Assembly: GCA_040954595.2 (NCBI GenBank)
Contig: CM082578.2
Coordinates: 2,462,831-2,526,830, forward strand
DNA from: Balanoglossus misakiensis
Taxonomy: Eukaryota; Animalia; Hemichordata
Direction: 5' to 3'
Length of the DNA stretch: 64,000 bases
In this document: positions 37,430 through 49,173 of the stretch, piece after piece
How positions within the stretch are numbered: the stretch's first letter is position 1
How the letters are laid out: every line of letters starts with the position of its first letter
The notes under the pieces: generated by a model
The model's database searches: none
What the model saw: only the letters and a program-made list of their open reading frames with translations
Told to the model about the DNA's origin: nothing
Position numbers and translations under genes: made by a program

Positions 37430-38920
37430 AACCAATAAGACAATATCCAGTCTTAAGTACTTCCAACCTGATGGTTCTGTCAAGATAAAAAAATAGATAA
37501 TGATAATTCTATGCATGACCATACAATCACAAAAATGACAGTACAAAAATTGTGTGAAGTCCAGCCCAAAACCACCACCACCACTACCACCACCACCAAA
37601 GCCCGCAGCCAATATACAGCCTTTAGTACTTCAAAGATGATGATTCTGTCAAGATAAAAATAGAAAATGGTTACTCTATGCATGACCATACAATCACAAA
37701 AATTACAGTACTTGTGTGAAGTCCAGCCCGAAACCACCACCACTAGTACCACCACCAAAGCCCCTAGGCAATATCCAGTCTTATATACATCCAACATGAT
37801 TATTCTGTCAAGATAAAAATAGAAAATGATTACTCTATGCATGACCATACAATCACAAACATTACAGTACATGTGTGAAGTCCAGCCCAAAACCACCACC
37901 ACTAGTACCACCACCAAAGCCCCTAGGCAATATCCAGTCTTAAGTACATCCAACATGATTATTCTGTCAAGATAAAAATAGAAAATGATTACTCTATGCA
38001 TGACCATACAATCACAAAAATTACAGTACATGTGTGAAGTCCAGCCCAAAACCACCACCACTAGTACCACCACCAAAGCCCCTAGGCAATATCCAGTCTT
38101 AAGTACATCCAACATGATTATTCTGTCAAGATAAAAATAGAAAATGATTACTCTATGCATGACCATACAATCACAAACATTACAGTACATGTGTGAAGTC
38201 CAGCCCAAAACCACCACCACTAGTACCACCACCAAAGCCCCTAGGCAATATCCAGTCTTAAGTACATCCAACATGATTATTCTGTCAAGATAAAAATAGA
38301 AAATGATTACTCTATGCATGACCATTCAATCACAAACATTACAGTACATGTGTGAAGTCCAGCCCAAAACCACCACCACTGGTACCACCACAAAAGCCCC
38401 TAGGCAATATCCAGTCTTAAGTACATCCAACATGATTATTCTGTCAAGATAAAAATAGAAAATGATTACTCTATGCATGACCATACAATCACAAACATTA
38501 CAGTACATGTGTGAAGTCCAGCCCAAAACCACCACCACTAGTACCACCACCAATGCCCCTAGGCAATATCCAGTCTTAAGTACATCCAACATGATTATTC
38601 TGTCAAGATAAAAATAGAAAATGATTACTCTATGCATGACCGTACAATCACAAAAATTACAGTACATGTGTGAAGTCCAGTCCGAAACCACCACCACTAC
38701 CACCACCACCAAAGCCCCTAGGCAATATCCAGTCTTAAGTACATCCAACATGATTATTCTGTCAAGATAAAAATAGAAAATGATTACTATGCATGACCAT
38801 ACAATCACAAAAATTACAGTACGTGTGTGAAGTCAAGCCCAAAACTACAACCAGCACCAAAGTTCCAAGCCAATATCCAGCCTTGAGTACTTCCAACGTG
38901 ATGATTCTGCCAAGATAACA
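37430..38920. repeat. 159-bp tandem repeat, ~9 copies
   Basis: caatatccag at 37769, 37928, 38087, 38246 and onward; terminal copies are more diverged. Confidence 0.97.
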
Positions 38921-39657
38921 AATACTCTTGCTTTTAAGAGTTTAAAGTAATATGAAAATATTATTGACCAAGCCTACTCCGATTCCAAAATTATATTTCT
39001 TTGACTTTGCACAATGAACGCGCCCAGCTTCGAAACCACATGTAATTTATAAACCGAATGTTTGCCAAAGTCCCCTGATTTAACAAAAAACTCGCGAAAA
39101 TCTGTTTGTATGACAAACCTGACCATATGTCAAACTATGTAGTTTCTTTCCCTTTTTCCAAATAAAAACTATGAACTGCTGTTTTATTACATGCAACTTA
39201 GATTGCCAAAGTCACCTATGATTTAACGAAAATCTCGCGTGTAAGATAAAAACTTTTGCGTGTATGAAAAACGCCTATCTTTCCCATAAAAAAACTCTAT
39301 TCTTATCGAAAATTTAGAAGAATTTGAACCCCCCATAGGTATCTAGCAGCATACCTCCAGTCCCAGACAGGGTTAGGGTTAGAGTAAGGGTTAATATTTT
39401 GGGTTAGATTTTATGGTGCAGGGTGCATGTGCTAAATGCCTGAGTCTGGAGGTCGGCTGTCAGATCCTGGCTCATATGGACAGCTAATTTATAAACCGGT
39501 CGGCCCATTTTTTATATGTGAAGGTTACCAATATCGCGAAATTACGGCGTTTTTGAAACCGATTTATATCTTTTAAAATACCGATGGATTGCGCTGTTAC
39601 GTGCAACTTTGTTTTCCACATCACATGTCATTTAATGAAAACATCGCGAGCGTTTGG

Positions 39658-40253
39658 ACACAAATCCCTGTACCGAGCCGTGGCATGATGACACCGGGCG
39701 CCTAACTTTCCCCAAAACCGGTAAAATTCACAGAAAATGCAGTAAACATCGCATGTGTCTACACAAATCCCTGTACCGAGCCGTGGCATGATGACACCGG
39801 GCGCCTAACTTTCCCCAAAACCGGTAAAGTTCACAGAAAATGCAGTAAACATCGCATGTGTCTACACAAATCCCTGTACCGAGCCGTGGCATGATGACAC
39901 CGGGCGCCTAACTTTCCCCAAAACCGGTAAAATTCACAGAAAATGCAGTAAACATCGCATGTGTCTACACAAATCCCTGTACCGAGCCGTGGCATGATGA
40001 CACCGGGCGCCTAACTATCCCCAAAACCGGTAAAGTTCACAGAAAATGCAGTGAACATCGCATGTGTCTACACAAATCCCTGTACCGAGCCGTGGCATGA
40101 TGACACCGGGCGCCTAACTTTCCCCCAAACCGGTAAAGTTCACAGAAAATGCAGTAAACATCGCATGTGTCTACACAAATCCCTGTACCGAGCCGTGGCA
40201 TGATGACACCGGGCGCCTAACTTTCCCCCAAACCGGTAAAATTCACAGAAAAT
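39658..40253. repeat. 103-bp tandem repeat, ~5.8 copies
   Basis: caaatccctgtaccgagccgtggcatgatgacaccgggcgcc at 39661, 39764, 39867 and onward. Confidence 0.97.
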
Positions 40254-41176
40254 CTTATCTGTTTAGTATATTGCAGGTTGGAGATCCGGTCATCAGAGAT
40301 GTTTGCTTGGACCCAGCTCGGTTCAATCTGCTAAAGTTCCATTGTTCCCGTTATAAAATATTCAAATATATTCAAACGGTATGGTGCATATGTCGAAATT
40401 CCACAACACCATGTCGTTCATTTGTGCGTCAGCCCAGTTAAGGAAGAACCATTGCACAAATACGGCGCTTGTCACGTCGGCGATTATCGATTTATTTCAA
40501 CAGTGAGACAAAAGGGTGACCCAGTGATATTTGCATGTAAAGACTCGGAAAGGGAAATACCATTAACACCTATTGCAGCGCGGGAGAACACGGTGGTTAA
40601 TTTAACCCCGCGTGTTCTTGCCCAGGCTTTAATATATCACTGGAAATTTCCATTTTGGGCAGGCTGTATCTGCTAAAAATAAAGCGAATGGCAGCCGTGA
40701 CTATAAAAAATAGTATTGTCCAAACTTCTTAATTTTTATCATACATCGATTGTTGTGGATGCCTCGCAGTATCTGACAAATAGCAGGAGACAACTTATGC
40801 ATGTACAATTAAGGTGCTGCATTTTAAACTAGATTTTTGGGGTCAAATTTCACAGTTTGAAACAAATTGTCGTATAACGATGCTTAAACATGTCCTGGTT
40901 GAAAATGTGGCTAATAATTAAAAACGGGTCGTGTCTATTGACAGGCGCGTGTCAATAGCCAGTGCGTAGTATAGGGGGCCGGCTATTGACACGCGGGGAC
41001 TTTATTCTCAAATTATTGCCGATTTTTTAAAACCAAAGCACATTTCACATAGTCCATTAAATGATTCGTCTTTTCTTCCCCGAAAATGAGATGAAACGAA
41101 GTGCAAAATTCCGAAAGTCAGAGCATAGTTCTTCTACCCGTTCTACGCGTGTACGCCTAGCGCCTGCCGATTCTAA

Positions 41177-42792
41177 AGGCCGAGTTACACGAGGCAACTC
41201 GGCAGGCAACTCGGTAGGCAACTCGACGCGCAACCCGAGTTGCTCGGTGAGTTGCCTCGTGTGTATGATGTAGTCGCCTCAATGGAACGCGTCTGGCGAC
41301 GTCGCCTCGAAATCCGTCATGTCGGATTTTCGGGCGACGAGTTGCCTGACGCGCAATCGGTTGCCCCGCGTTACCACATAAATTTTGACATCTGCACATG
41401 CAAAAATGGTGTTTATTTGTTATTTTCCGAACCAGGAACTACAGACTGTAGACCTGTAGACTTCCGAAAATATTGGGGAATAAGTATTTGCTATGAAATC
41501 GGATATTTGTATGTATTTATAGTTTAATATTTCAATTTAAACTCAAGTTTTGTTAAAGAAACTTTTAACTAATTATCTTGCCAGTGATGGTATAAAAAAT
41601 AAACTACTATTCAGTTCCGCGAAAATGGTTATGATGATTGACTCGACATTGATTGCATTTCCGATTTTTGGGGTACCGCAACCAAATAACGTAACCGAAT
41701 TTCAGAATAATAAAACGCCAGCTTATGATTATCGCCCACAGTTCAAGAGTTCTTACACAGCCAGTGTACATCATATATCTTTTTGGGCAAAACACGTGTC
41801 TATTTCGCCCGGTCATGTCAACTTATAAATACAAATTTAGTTATATTTGTATAATTTTACATACAAACAAATCTTTCAATCAATACATTTCTTCTTAAAA
41901 ATATACTTCGTTATTCTACAATGAAAAGTCTCACTTGCTTTGTTATTACTTTCACTGTATTTCGAAACACGAATTTTGTATATTATCTATAACGTTTTTA
42001 CAGATTGGCACGACTTTTGGCTCCGCATTTTTCACACATTTATATGATGTGCAGTTTGATAATTCAGTAATCATAATGTTAAATTGCGCAACTTTCTTCA
42101 ATTTCCCCATAATCTACTCCCCTGTCTTAAAAGGATTTAAACTCGCCGGTTGATCTTTTATAAAATAATACCTGGTTTCAAGTACATTTTATATAAAATT
42201 AAATTAAACTTAAGTTACTCCTGTTCTATTAAAAAATATTAAGTAACGTTTAAATTTTGCCTAATGTGGTATCACGATTAAAAAATCCGTATTCATCAAT
42301 TAAATTAAGCGCCCAAGCTAGTTTTTTTTCTTTTAATACTGATATAGACTTGCATATTACCTGCTAACTGAGAACAAAAAATGTTTTTATTGATGAGGAT
42401 ACTGTTGAAGTGCGATACTAGTTAGTTTATTATGTCAATAGTAATACATGGTGGAGAAAGTATACGTATTGTATGCAGTTGAAATTCGCAAACTTTTTTT
42501 TTTTTTCAAGAAAAAATACTCGGTCAGATGACCAGGTTGATCAGCTAAATGACAAGAATAATATATGCATGCTGTTGCCAGAATAACCACCAAATATTTA
42601 TGCATAATATCGAATAAAGATTGAATTGTCGATCGGCTACTGAGGCGACTGCACATGCGCAGCCACTGTTTACGCGCAGCTAGTTGCCAGTCGAGTCGCC
42701 CCGTGTAACTGTTCGATGTAGCGTCGCGACTGGCGTTGCGCGTCGAGTTGCCCACCGAGTTGCCTACCGAGTTGCCTCGTGTAACTCGGCCT
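41177..42792. mobile_element. PIF/Harbinger-like non-autonomous element
   Basis: taa|aggccgagttacacgaggcaactcgg ... ccgagttgcctcgtgtaactcggcct|tta; ggcaactc subterminal repeats. Confidence 0.8.
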
Positions 42793-42795
42793 TTA

Positions 42796-42956
42796 TACGA
42801 TGTCCCGAATTTGCGTCAAACGAGCGCTCTCGCTATGTTCGGGCCTAGGCCTATACCCCACTGACACATAAAGAGATCTCTTTATGTGTCAGTGGGGTAT
42901 AGCCCAGGCCCGAACATAGCGAGAGCGCTCGTTTGACGCAAATTCGGGAGATCGTC
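42796..42956. mobile_element. Near-perfect 161-bp palindromic MITE
   Basis: Arms pair across the centre aagaga|tctctt with no spacer and few mismatches. Confidence 0.9.
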
Positions 42957-45567
42957 TAAGCTACTGATTTATCGTTTTTAGCCACTTTATAATTAATAAA
43001 AAAACTGAAATAGCATCTTTACAAGCGCCTGTGTGTAAAATAAAGAAAATCCAAGTACATGTATTTCGAAGTATGTCAGACTGCACTGGGCAATACGTAA
43101 GCGCGTATGCGCTATGCTGCTGCTGCGACTGGATATGCACCGTGTGCACATTTCGCTCCTTTTCCTAGTAAAGTAGTATCAACTACTTAAGTGCTTTAGT
43201 AGATGTTCCAAATTTAAAGCCCCAGTATTTCTCGTGTGTATCCATTTTTCATCATCGAAAAATGCCCGTTTTTCCCGTACATTCATCATGGAATACTACA
43301 TAATGAAGATAGAAGAAAGGTTTGGGCAACTGTAGCTACGTGCAAGCTGTAAATATTGCCCGTAACACTTGAAATGGTGCGCGGGTTTGTTTACAACGGA
43401 AATGTTGTACATGTCGATCAGCAAACGTGCCACTTTGACATTTGATGGTCAGACCATTTTCGGATTTGATCTGGTTCCATCGACTGATTTCTCCCATAAA
43501 GTTATCTTCCCAAAATTTCGCCGAATTAGTGCGCATTTCTTCGCTGAGTCGCTTGATTTGGGGCGACCAAACCTCTTCCGCATAGATTCACATTTGAGTG
43601 CGCATGCGCAGTGGTCACGTGTGTCAACAGAGCCTGACTTTCTGTCCGGACAGAAAGTCATTCTTCACTCGTTATATTGTAAATTGTATGAGTTTATGAG
43701 CAGAGCTGGGGATGATGACTGTTCGATTCAGTATCAATTATCATCTACTTTTAGAAATTATAGATGCCGTTTCAAACAAAATTTTGCCCCTACGAGAAAT
43801 ACTGAGGCTTTAAGGACTTGTCAGGTTGTCATTATTCTATACATATCTCAATGTTTGTAGCAACAATCTGAGGTAAACGCAATGTGAAAAGGCGATGAGT
43901 AAAATCCACATTTACCGACGTACCGTTACGTTTAATAGGCCTATTTATCACTAGGATCTGGGACTGGGCCTGGGGGTGTACATGATTTTCGTCACTCATA
44001 CTTGCATATTGTCTTTGAAAAACACTGCTTCAAACTTCTCATCGTAAAACTAGCCGGTGACAACTAACAGGCAATAACCCGGGTATGCTTTGGCACCTGC
44101 ACTGCGATTGCGTTTGTGACTGTACGTGAGACATAATATTACTAGGTTGGATTTTGAATTGCTTGAAACCAAACTTCACCAGTTGCCGTGGAAATTCGTG
44201 GCAAAAAGAAAAACCATGAAGGAATCATACGAGCGTTACGCCACTTGACTGTACAGCAAAAGGGAAATTTGTATGGCTTCTCAGATTTGAATCTTGTGAT
44301 TTGAAATTTGTCGGCTATCAAAAACCTGATTAGCTGATAATCTTTGAACTCGCCAGCCGTCATCTTGGGTGACCGGGCGATCTTTGAGGATTTATAATCA
44401 AGTATCAATTCTCGGCGACGTCGCAGGCATGTTTGATGTGATCTAACAAAAGAAGACACATTTTTGCTTTTTGTTTGACACGTTTCACTGTACAGCGATA
44501 GGGAAATTTGTAGGGCTTCCCAGCATGCAGCAAGATTTATCAGCTGTCAAATTATGATTAACCTTTGAACTCGCCATCTGTCATTTTGAAAGTGGCATTA
44601 TCCGATGACCTCGACCTGGCAACTTTCTAAATTAGAGTGAAACTTGATTCAACATCTCTGCGAAAAGCACTAGAATGAATTTTGCAAACGAGGCATCACT
44701 GTCATTTTCGTTGCTTCAACCAGGAAAAATCTGACTGCTAGTGCTATGGCATGAAAATGTTAATTTCGGTAATACACGTCATTGCACTGGACCCTGCAAG
44801 GCATGCATTTGGGGACTAAGTAATATAAGTTGTCACACCACGGTTCAAGTTGTAACGTATTTCCCAACAAGCAATTCAATGAATTCGTTCATCATGAAAA
44901 AATCTCTCAATTCAAACGAAATATGTCCGCGCTGTTGAGGTCAGCGTCGCGGTGAGTGTGTCCCTCTGTGTGCAGCGGCCGTAGTGCATGAACAGTAAAA
45001 CAATCGTAGCGAGGTTGCTCAGAAATATTTCAGAAATTTGCACTTCCTTTCATCTACATTTTCGGCGGAAAAGATAAGTCCTCCGATGGAAAATGTGCAT
45101 TGCTTTATAAAAGTCGGCAGTAAAATGGTGGGAATCCCTTTGAGTCAGGAGATAAGCTTAGAATCGGCAGGCGTTAGGCGTACACGCGTAGAACGGGTAG
45201 AAGTACTATGACATACGCTTTGACTTTCGGAATTTTGCACTTCGTTTCATCTCATTTTCGGGGAAGAAAAGACGAATCATTTAATGGACTATGTGAAATG
45301 TGCTTTGGTTTTCAAAAATCGGCAATAATTTGAGAATAAAGTCCCCGCGTGTCAATAGCCGGCCCCCTACGCACTGGCTATTGACACGCGCCTGTCAATA
45401 GCCAGCCCGACACGCACTGGCTATTGACAGGCGCCTGTCAATAGACACTCCGTTAAAAAACAATGTTTGAAACATTCTCGCGAGCCTCAGTCATCTATCT
45501 CCTCGTAACTCAGAAACTGTTACTGTAATGAGGTCGTGGTTTACGATGAAGGTTTTAACCCCTTCAC

Positions 45568-46265
45568 TAGACTAGCCCACTAGTCGCTTGGTGATTTTTA
45601 AATCTCAATACTTTTTGTGTTTTCGAGAGGTCTTGTGTCAACAACCAAATACCATCGCTTACCATGTATAACCTTTACATAAAATCGAACATCTTGGTAT
45701 ACTCACTCACATCGGTAAAATAATTGTACGGACATGCCCGTTTTTCAGGGCTTGTCACGCACCTTATTTATCACCGTAAGAAAATGTACGGTGGAATATA
45801 ATCATAGCAAACTCAACTGTCTTCGTATATCAATCAATCAATCAATCAAAAACATTTATATGGCGCCAATATCCAGAGAACTGTTCAGTGGCGCCCGATG
45901 GTTGTTCTGTTTTAAACAAGTGAGTCTTCAGTTTCCCCTTAAAAGAGTCTAGACTGGTAGCTAAACGAATGTCATCAGGTAGTGAGTTCCAGAGCTTTGG
46001 AGCAGCATAAGAAAATGCACGTCCTCCATAGTTGACTTGTTTGTAATGTGTTATTGTCAGAAGGTTCTTTTTCTGAGACCTTAAGCTGCGTGAAAGGGTA
46101 TATCGATAATTGCAATACTTTTTGCGTGCATGCTTGCCTTGAGCGTGTTTTTGGTAGTGAGGCGAGTTTCGAATTTGGGACTGTGCTTGTGGTTTCGGGT
46201 AGCGTCGACCAAGGCCTACGCGTTCCCCTTCACATAATGAAGCCCATAGAGTTGGAGCAAGTCTA
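45568..46265. mobile_element. TAGACT-terminus element, ~9-bp TSD; shorter inverted relative of 55814-61760
   Basis: ccccttcac|tagactagcc ... gagcaagtcta|cccctttcac; internal matches to 61575-61760. Confidence 0.8.
45625..46107 (-). repeat. Inverted copy of the L2 3' end and its downstream flank (donor 48525-49384)
   Basis: Reverse complement of 48525-48693 plus 49052-49384; ORFs 45734(+) and 49075(-) are identical for 57 aa. Confidence 0.95.
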
Positions 46266-46884
46266 CCCCTTTCACTACCATGGTTCTGTCCAATCCCATT
46301 GTTTTCTATGGTAAGTTTGGACCTCTACAGAGGGAACTGGGGGTGAAAGCGTTAAACAATGGTAACATGTTCATGAGACGCATTATTTCATTGTTTACAA
46401 AATAGCACATCTCGATATATTTCTTACTTTTTTCTCAAAATTTCAAAGCTGGGACGAATATGCCTTATCCGGGAGAGACATAAATGTTCTATTCGCGTCG
46501 TTTCCAATCCCTGTAAGGTATACTAGTCTCAGTTCAAAGTAAATTTGAATTTGGCTCTTAGTAAATTTCAACAGCATTTCAAAACCATGGCCTTTCTGCT
46601 TTGGATGAAATATTGAATTTTAGGTGACATGCACTGTTAAAATAAAATTGTTTTCTATTACATTACCTAAATGAGATTAATTGGTTGGCCGAAATGTGCC
46701 ACGGATTCATAAGTCCCGAAAAAAGTAAATAGCTCACAAATCATGGCGGCGTCTTGTGCTAGGGTTGTTTGGAATGCGGTACTGACACATTTGCCAAACA
46801 TTATATTTCTTATTCGTTCTATCGGTAAGAACGCGTCTATGCATGACGTCGCCAAATATAAATGAACTTCCCATGCTGCACATG

Positions 46885-46898
46885 GCGCCCTCTAGTGG
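46885..46898 (-). promoter_or_regulatory. CTCF-consensus-like motif
   Basis: gcgccctctagtgg is the reverse complement of ccactagagggcgc. Confidence 0.35.
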
Positions 46899-47154
46899 CC
46901 GAATGCTTCGTGTGCGTTCGAACGCAGGCAATGTATTTTCGCCTTTCAAAAGCAAAGGCGTTTTAAGGAGAAATTTATTCATTCCAACCACATGAAGTCT
47001 TCAATATTGTTTTTGACATATGTGGTTTATTTTAATACTGAACAAAATAATCACTGCGAGGTAGGAAAGGCTAATTTCATCTCAAAATACACAACAGAAA
47101 AAGAATCTCGATATTGTTACCGTATCTCGCCGAAAAACGATAAACCATTTTCTC

Positions 47155-48091
47155 CGTAAAATGTTCCAACAGTCGCCATTCTCCTATCTCGGGAGCTGAA
47201 CATTTAAAAGAAATTCTCATTTGCATATGCAAATAGCCTACCCGGGTTCTCGAGTGTATCGCTTTCTGCTGCTGTCAAATGTGGTCCCTATACCTGAACA
47301 GCAAAAAAACAAGCGAAGCAAGGTACAGACGACGCCCATTTCTACATCTGAGTTTAATCAGATTGGGGTGCATGACGTACTCCAAGAACAATACTACAAA
47401 AATTAGACTGACAAACATAGTTTTGATGGTAAAACCCGTTTTTTGTATTTTAAAATGTACTGTGTTATGACGTCATAGCAAATGAGCGCCCTCTCGAAGC
47501 ATTACATTTAATTGTCCGTTCCCCGTACACGTTCGGGTGGGATAAACTTGCATATTAGTAATTTTTCCAAAGAAAAAGTATCAAAAATATTCGCCCCACA
47601 GAAGCAGCAAAATGGAAAATTCAACTTGCGAGCAATCGCGAAAATGCACGGCAGAAGTAGGCGCTTGAAATAACTCGACAATATGCTGCTTCGTATACGT
47701 TCGGTCGAAATAACGATGATGATTTGCAACGCGGCAAAACAATGATTGTCCCTTTAATAACGTTTCATATTAATGACTGTACAAGAACGTGTGCATTACC
47801 AAATGAATAGCTATATAATGTTCAACCTGAGAAAGCTCTTAGTAAGAGTGAACGTTCTCACACTGACCGAATCTTTAAACCATGCCTTTTGACAAATGTT
47901 GAAGTGATTCATGCTGGTATATATATATGATATGCAAAACAAATTGTATTGTGACCGGAGATATGGTTAACACCGATGGTATTTTTAACTGACACATTTT
48001 CGGTCATGTAGGAAGGTGAATATGTTTCTGTAAAGTGTGTACACTCCATGTTTAAAATTTCTCATAAATATTGCTTTTGTTTCTTAGCCAT
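47155..48091 (+). repeat. Diverged ~900-bp direct repeat (second copy 50788-51664)
   Basis: Both copies start cgtaaaatgttccaac and end ttcttagccat. Confidence 0.9.
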
Positions 48092-48394
48092 GGATGTGGG
48101 CGGGGGTTGGCAAACACCCGATTACCCCCCCCCCCCCTCTCCCCCTCCCCGAATCGTCTGGGTGCCACTAAGGCGGTGTAAAAGGAGCGCTGACTTCAGA
48201 AAGGAAACAGCTGCAGGGGTGAATCCGCGCAGATACATTCATTTATGATTTTTTTTTTACAATCCGTCATATAAACAATACAGAAAATTGCATTTTGGCA
48301 TTTTGGCTCGAAATTCGACGTAGGCATCAATTCTAAATATCCATCCCCAATTTTTCTTTTACCTGTTCAGTCTGGTGTTTTTTCTTGCGTTGAA

Positions 48395-49173
48395 CTCACA
48401 TATACTCCCGCTCACATCTCTCTGCATTGGCTACCAGTTTGTGCCAGGATTGATTACACGATCTTGCTTCTTACATATACGGCCATTCATGGCCTTACCC
48501 CGGAGTACATTTCTGACATGGTTAATCGATATACCCCTTCACGCAGCTTAAGGTCTCAGAAAAAGAACCTTCTGACAATAACACATTACAAACAAGTCAA
48601 CTATGGAGGACGTGCATTTTCTTATGCTGCTCCAAAGCTCTGGAACTCACTACCTGATGACATTCGTCTAGCTACCAGTCTAGACTCTTTTAAAGGGACA
48701 AAGTCTCTCTCTTGCTGCCTTTTTTCATTAAATATGTTTGATACAAGACACCTTTTATGTTATTCTAAATGTGGATATATAGTGAATCAACATTCAACCA
48801 CACACAACTTCCATCCCACCCATCCCACTTGTAGACACGAGAGTGAAAAACTTGCCCATATGAATAATCGGTGTTTACCATTATTCATTTTGGTGAGATT
48901 TTTACTCTCATATCCTACAAACGGGATGGAAGTTGTGTGTGGTTGAATGTTGATTCACTATATATCCACATTTAGAATAACATAAACGTTGTCTTGTATC
49001 AAACATAATTTATGAAAAAAGGGTAGTGAGAGAGAGACTTTGTCCCTTTAAGGGGAAACTGAAGACTCGCTTGTTTAAAACAGCCTACAGTGTGTGAACA
49101 ACCATCGGGCGCCACTGAACAGTTCTCTGGATATTGGCGCCATATAAATGTTTTTGATTGATTGATTGATTGA
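48395..49173 (+). mobile_element. L2-clade LINE 3' end with (TTGA)n tail, interrupted by a MITE
   Basis: LHWLPV..RI...LTY.AIHG..P.Y...RSLRS...GGRAFSYAAPKLWNSLP..SFK..LKT.LF; 3' end gcgccatataaat followed by (ttga)n. Confidence 0.85.
48694..49047. mobile_element. Kolobok-like MITE (TTAA TSD)
   Basis: ttaa|agggacaaagtctctct ... agagagactttgtccct|ttaa; empty site visible in the inverted copy at ~45931-45953. Confidence 0.92.

Larger units (their letters stand above)
40924..45452. mobile_element. Long-TIR non-autonomous DNA element (~250-bp TIRs) with nested insertions
   Basis: 40924-41176 is the reverse complement of ~45159-45452; the ends contain ctattgacacgcg/gtcaatag subrepeats. Confidence 0.85.

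Noticed and set aside
37480-38808. 281-aa and 160-aa ORFs as a real membrane protein
   Set aside because: They follow from a stop-free 159-bp unit; there is no independent coding evidence.
43336-43860. 163-aa ORF inside the long-TIR element
   Set aside because: No recognisable motif, non-ATG start, and overlapping antisense ORFs of similar quality.
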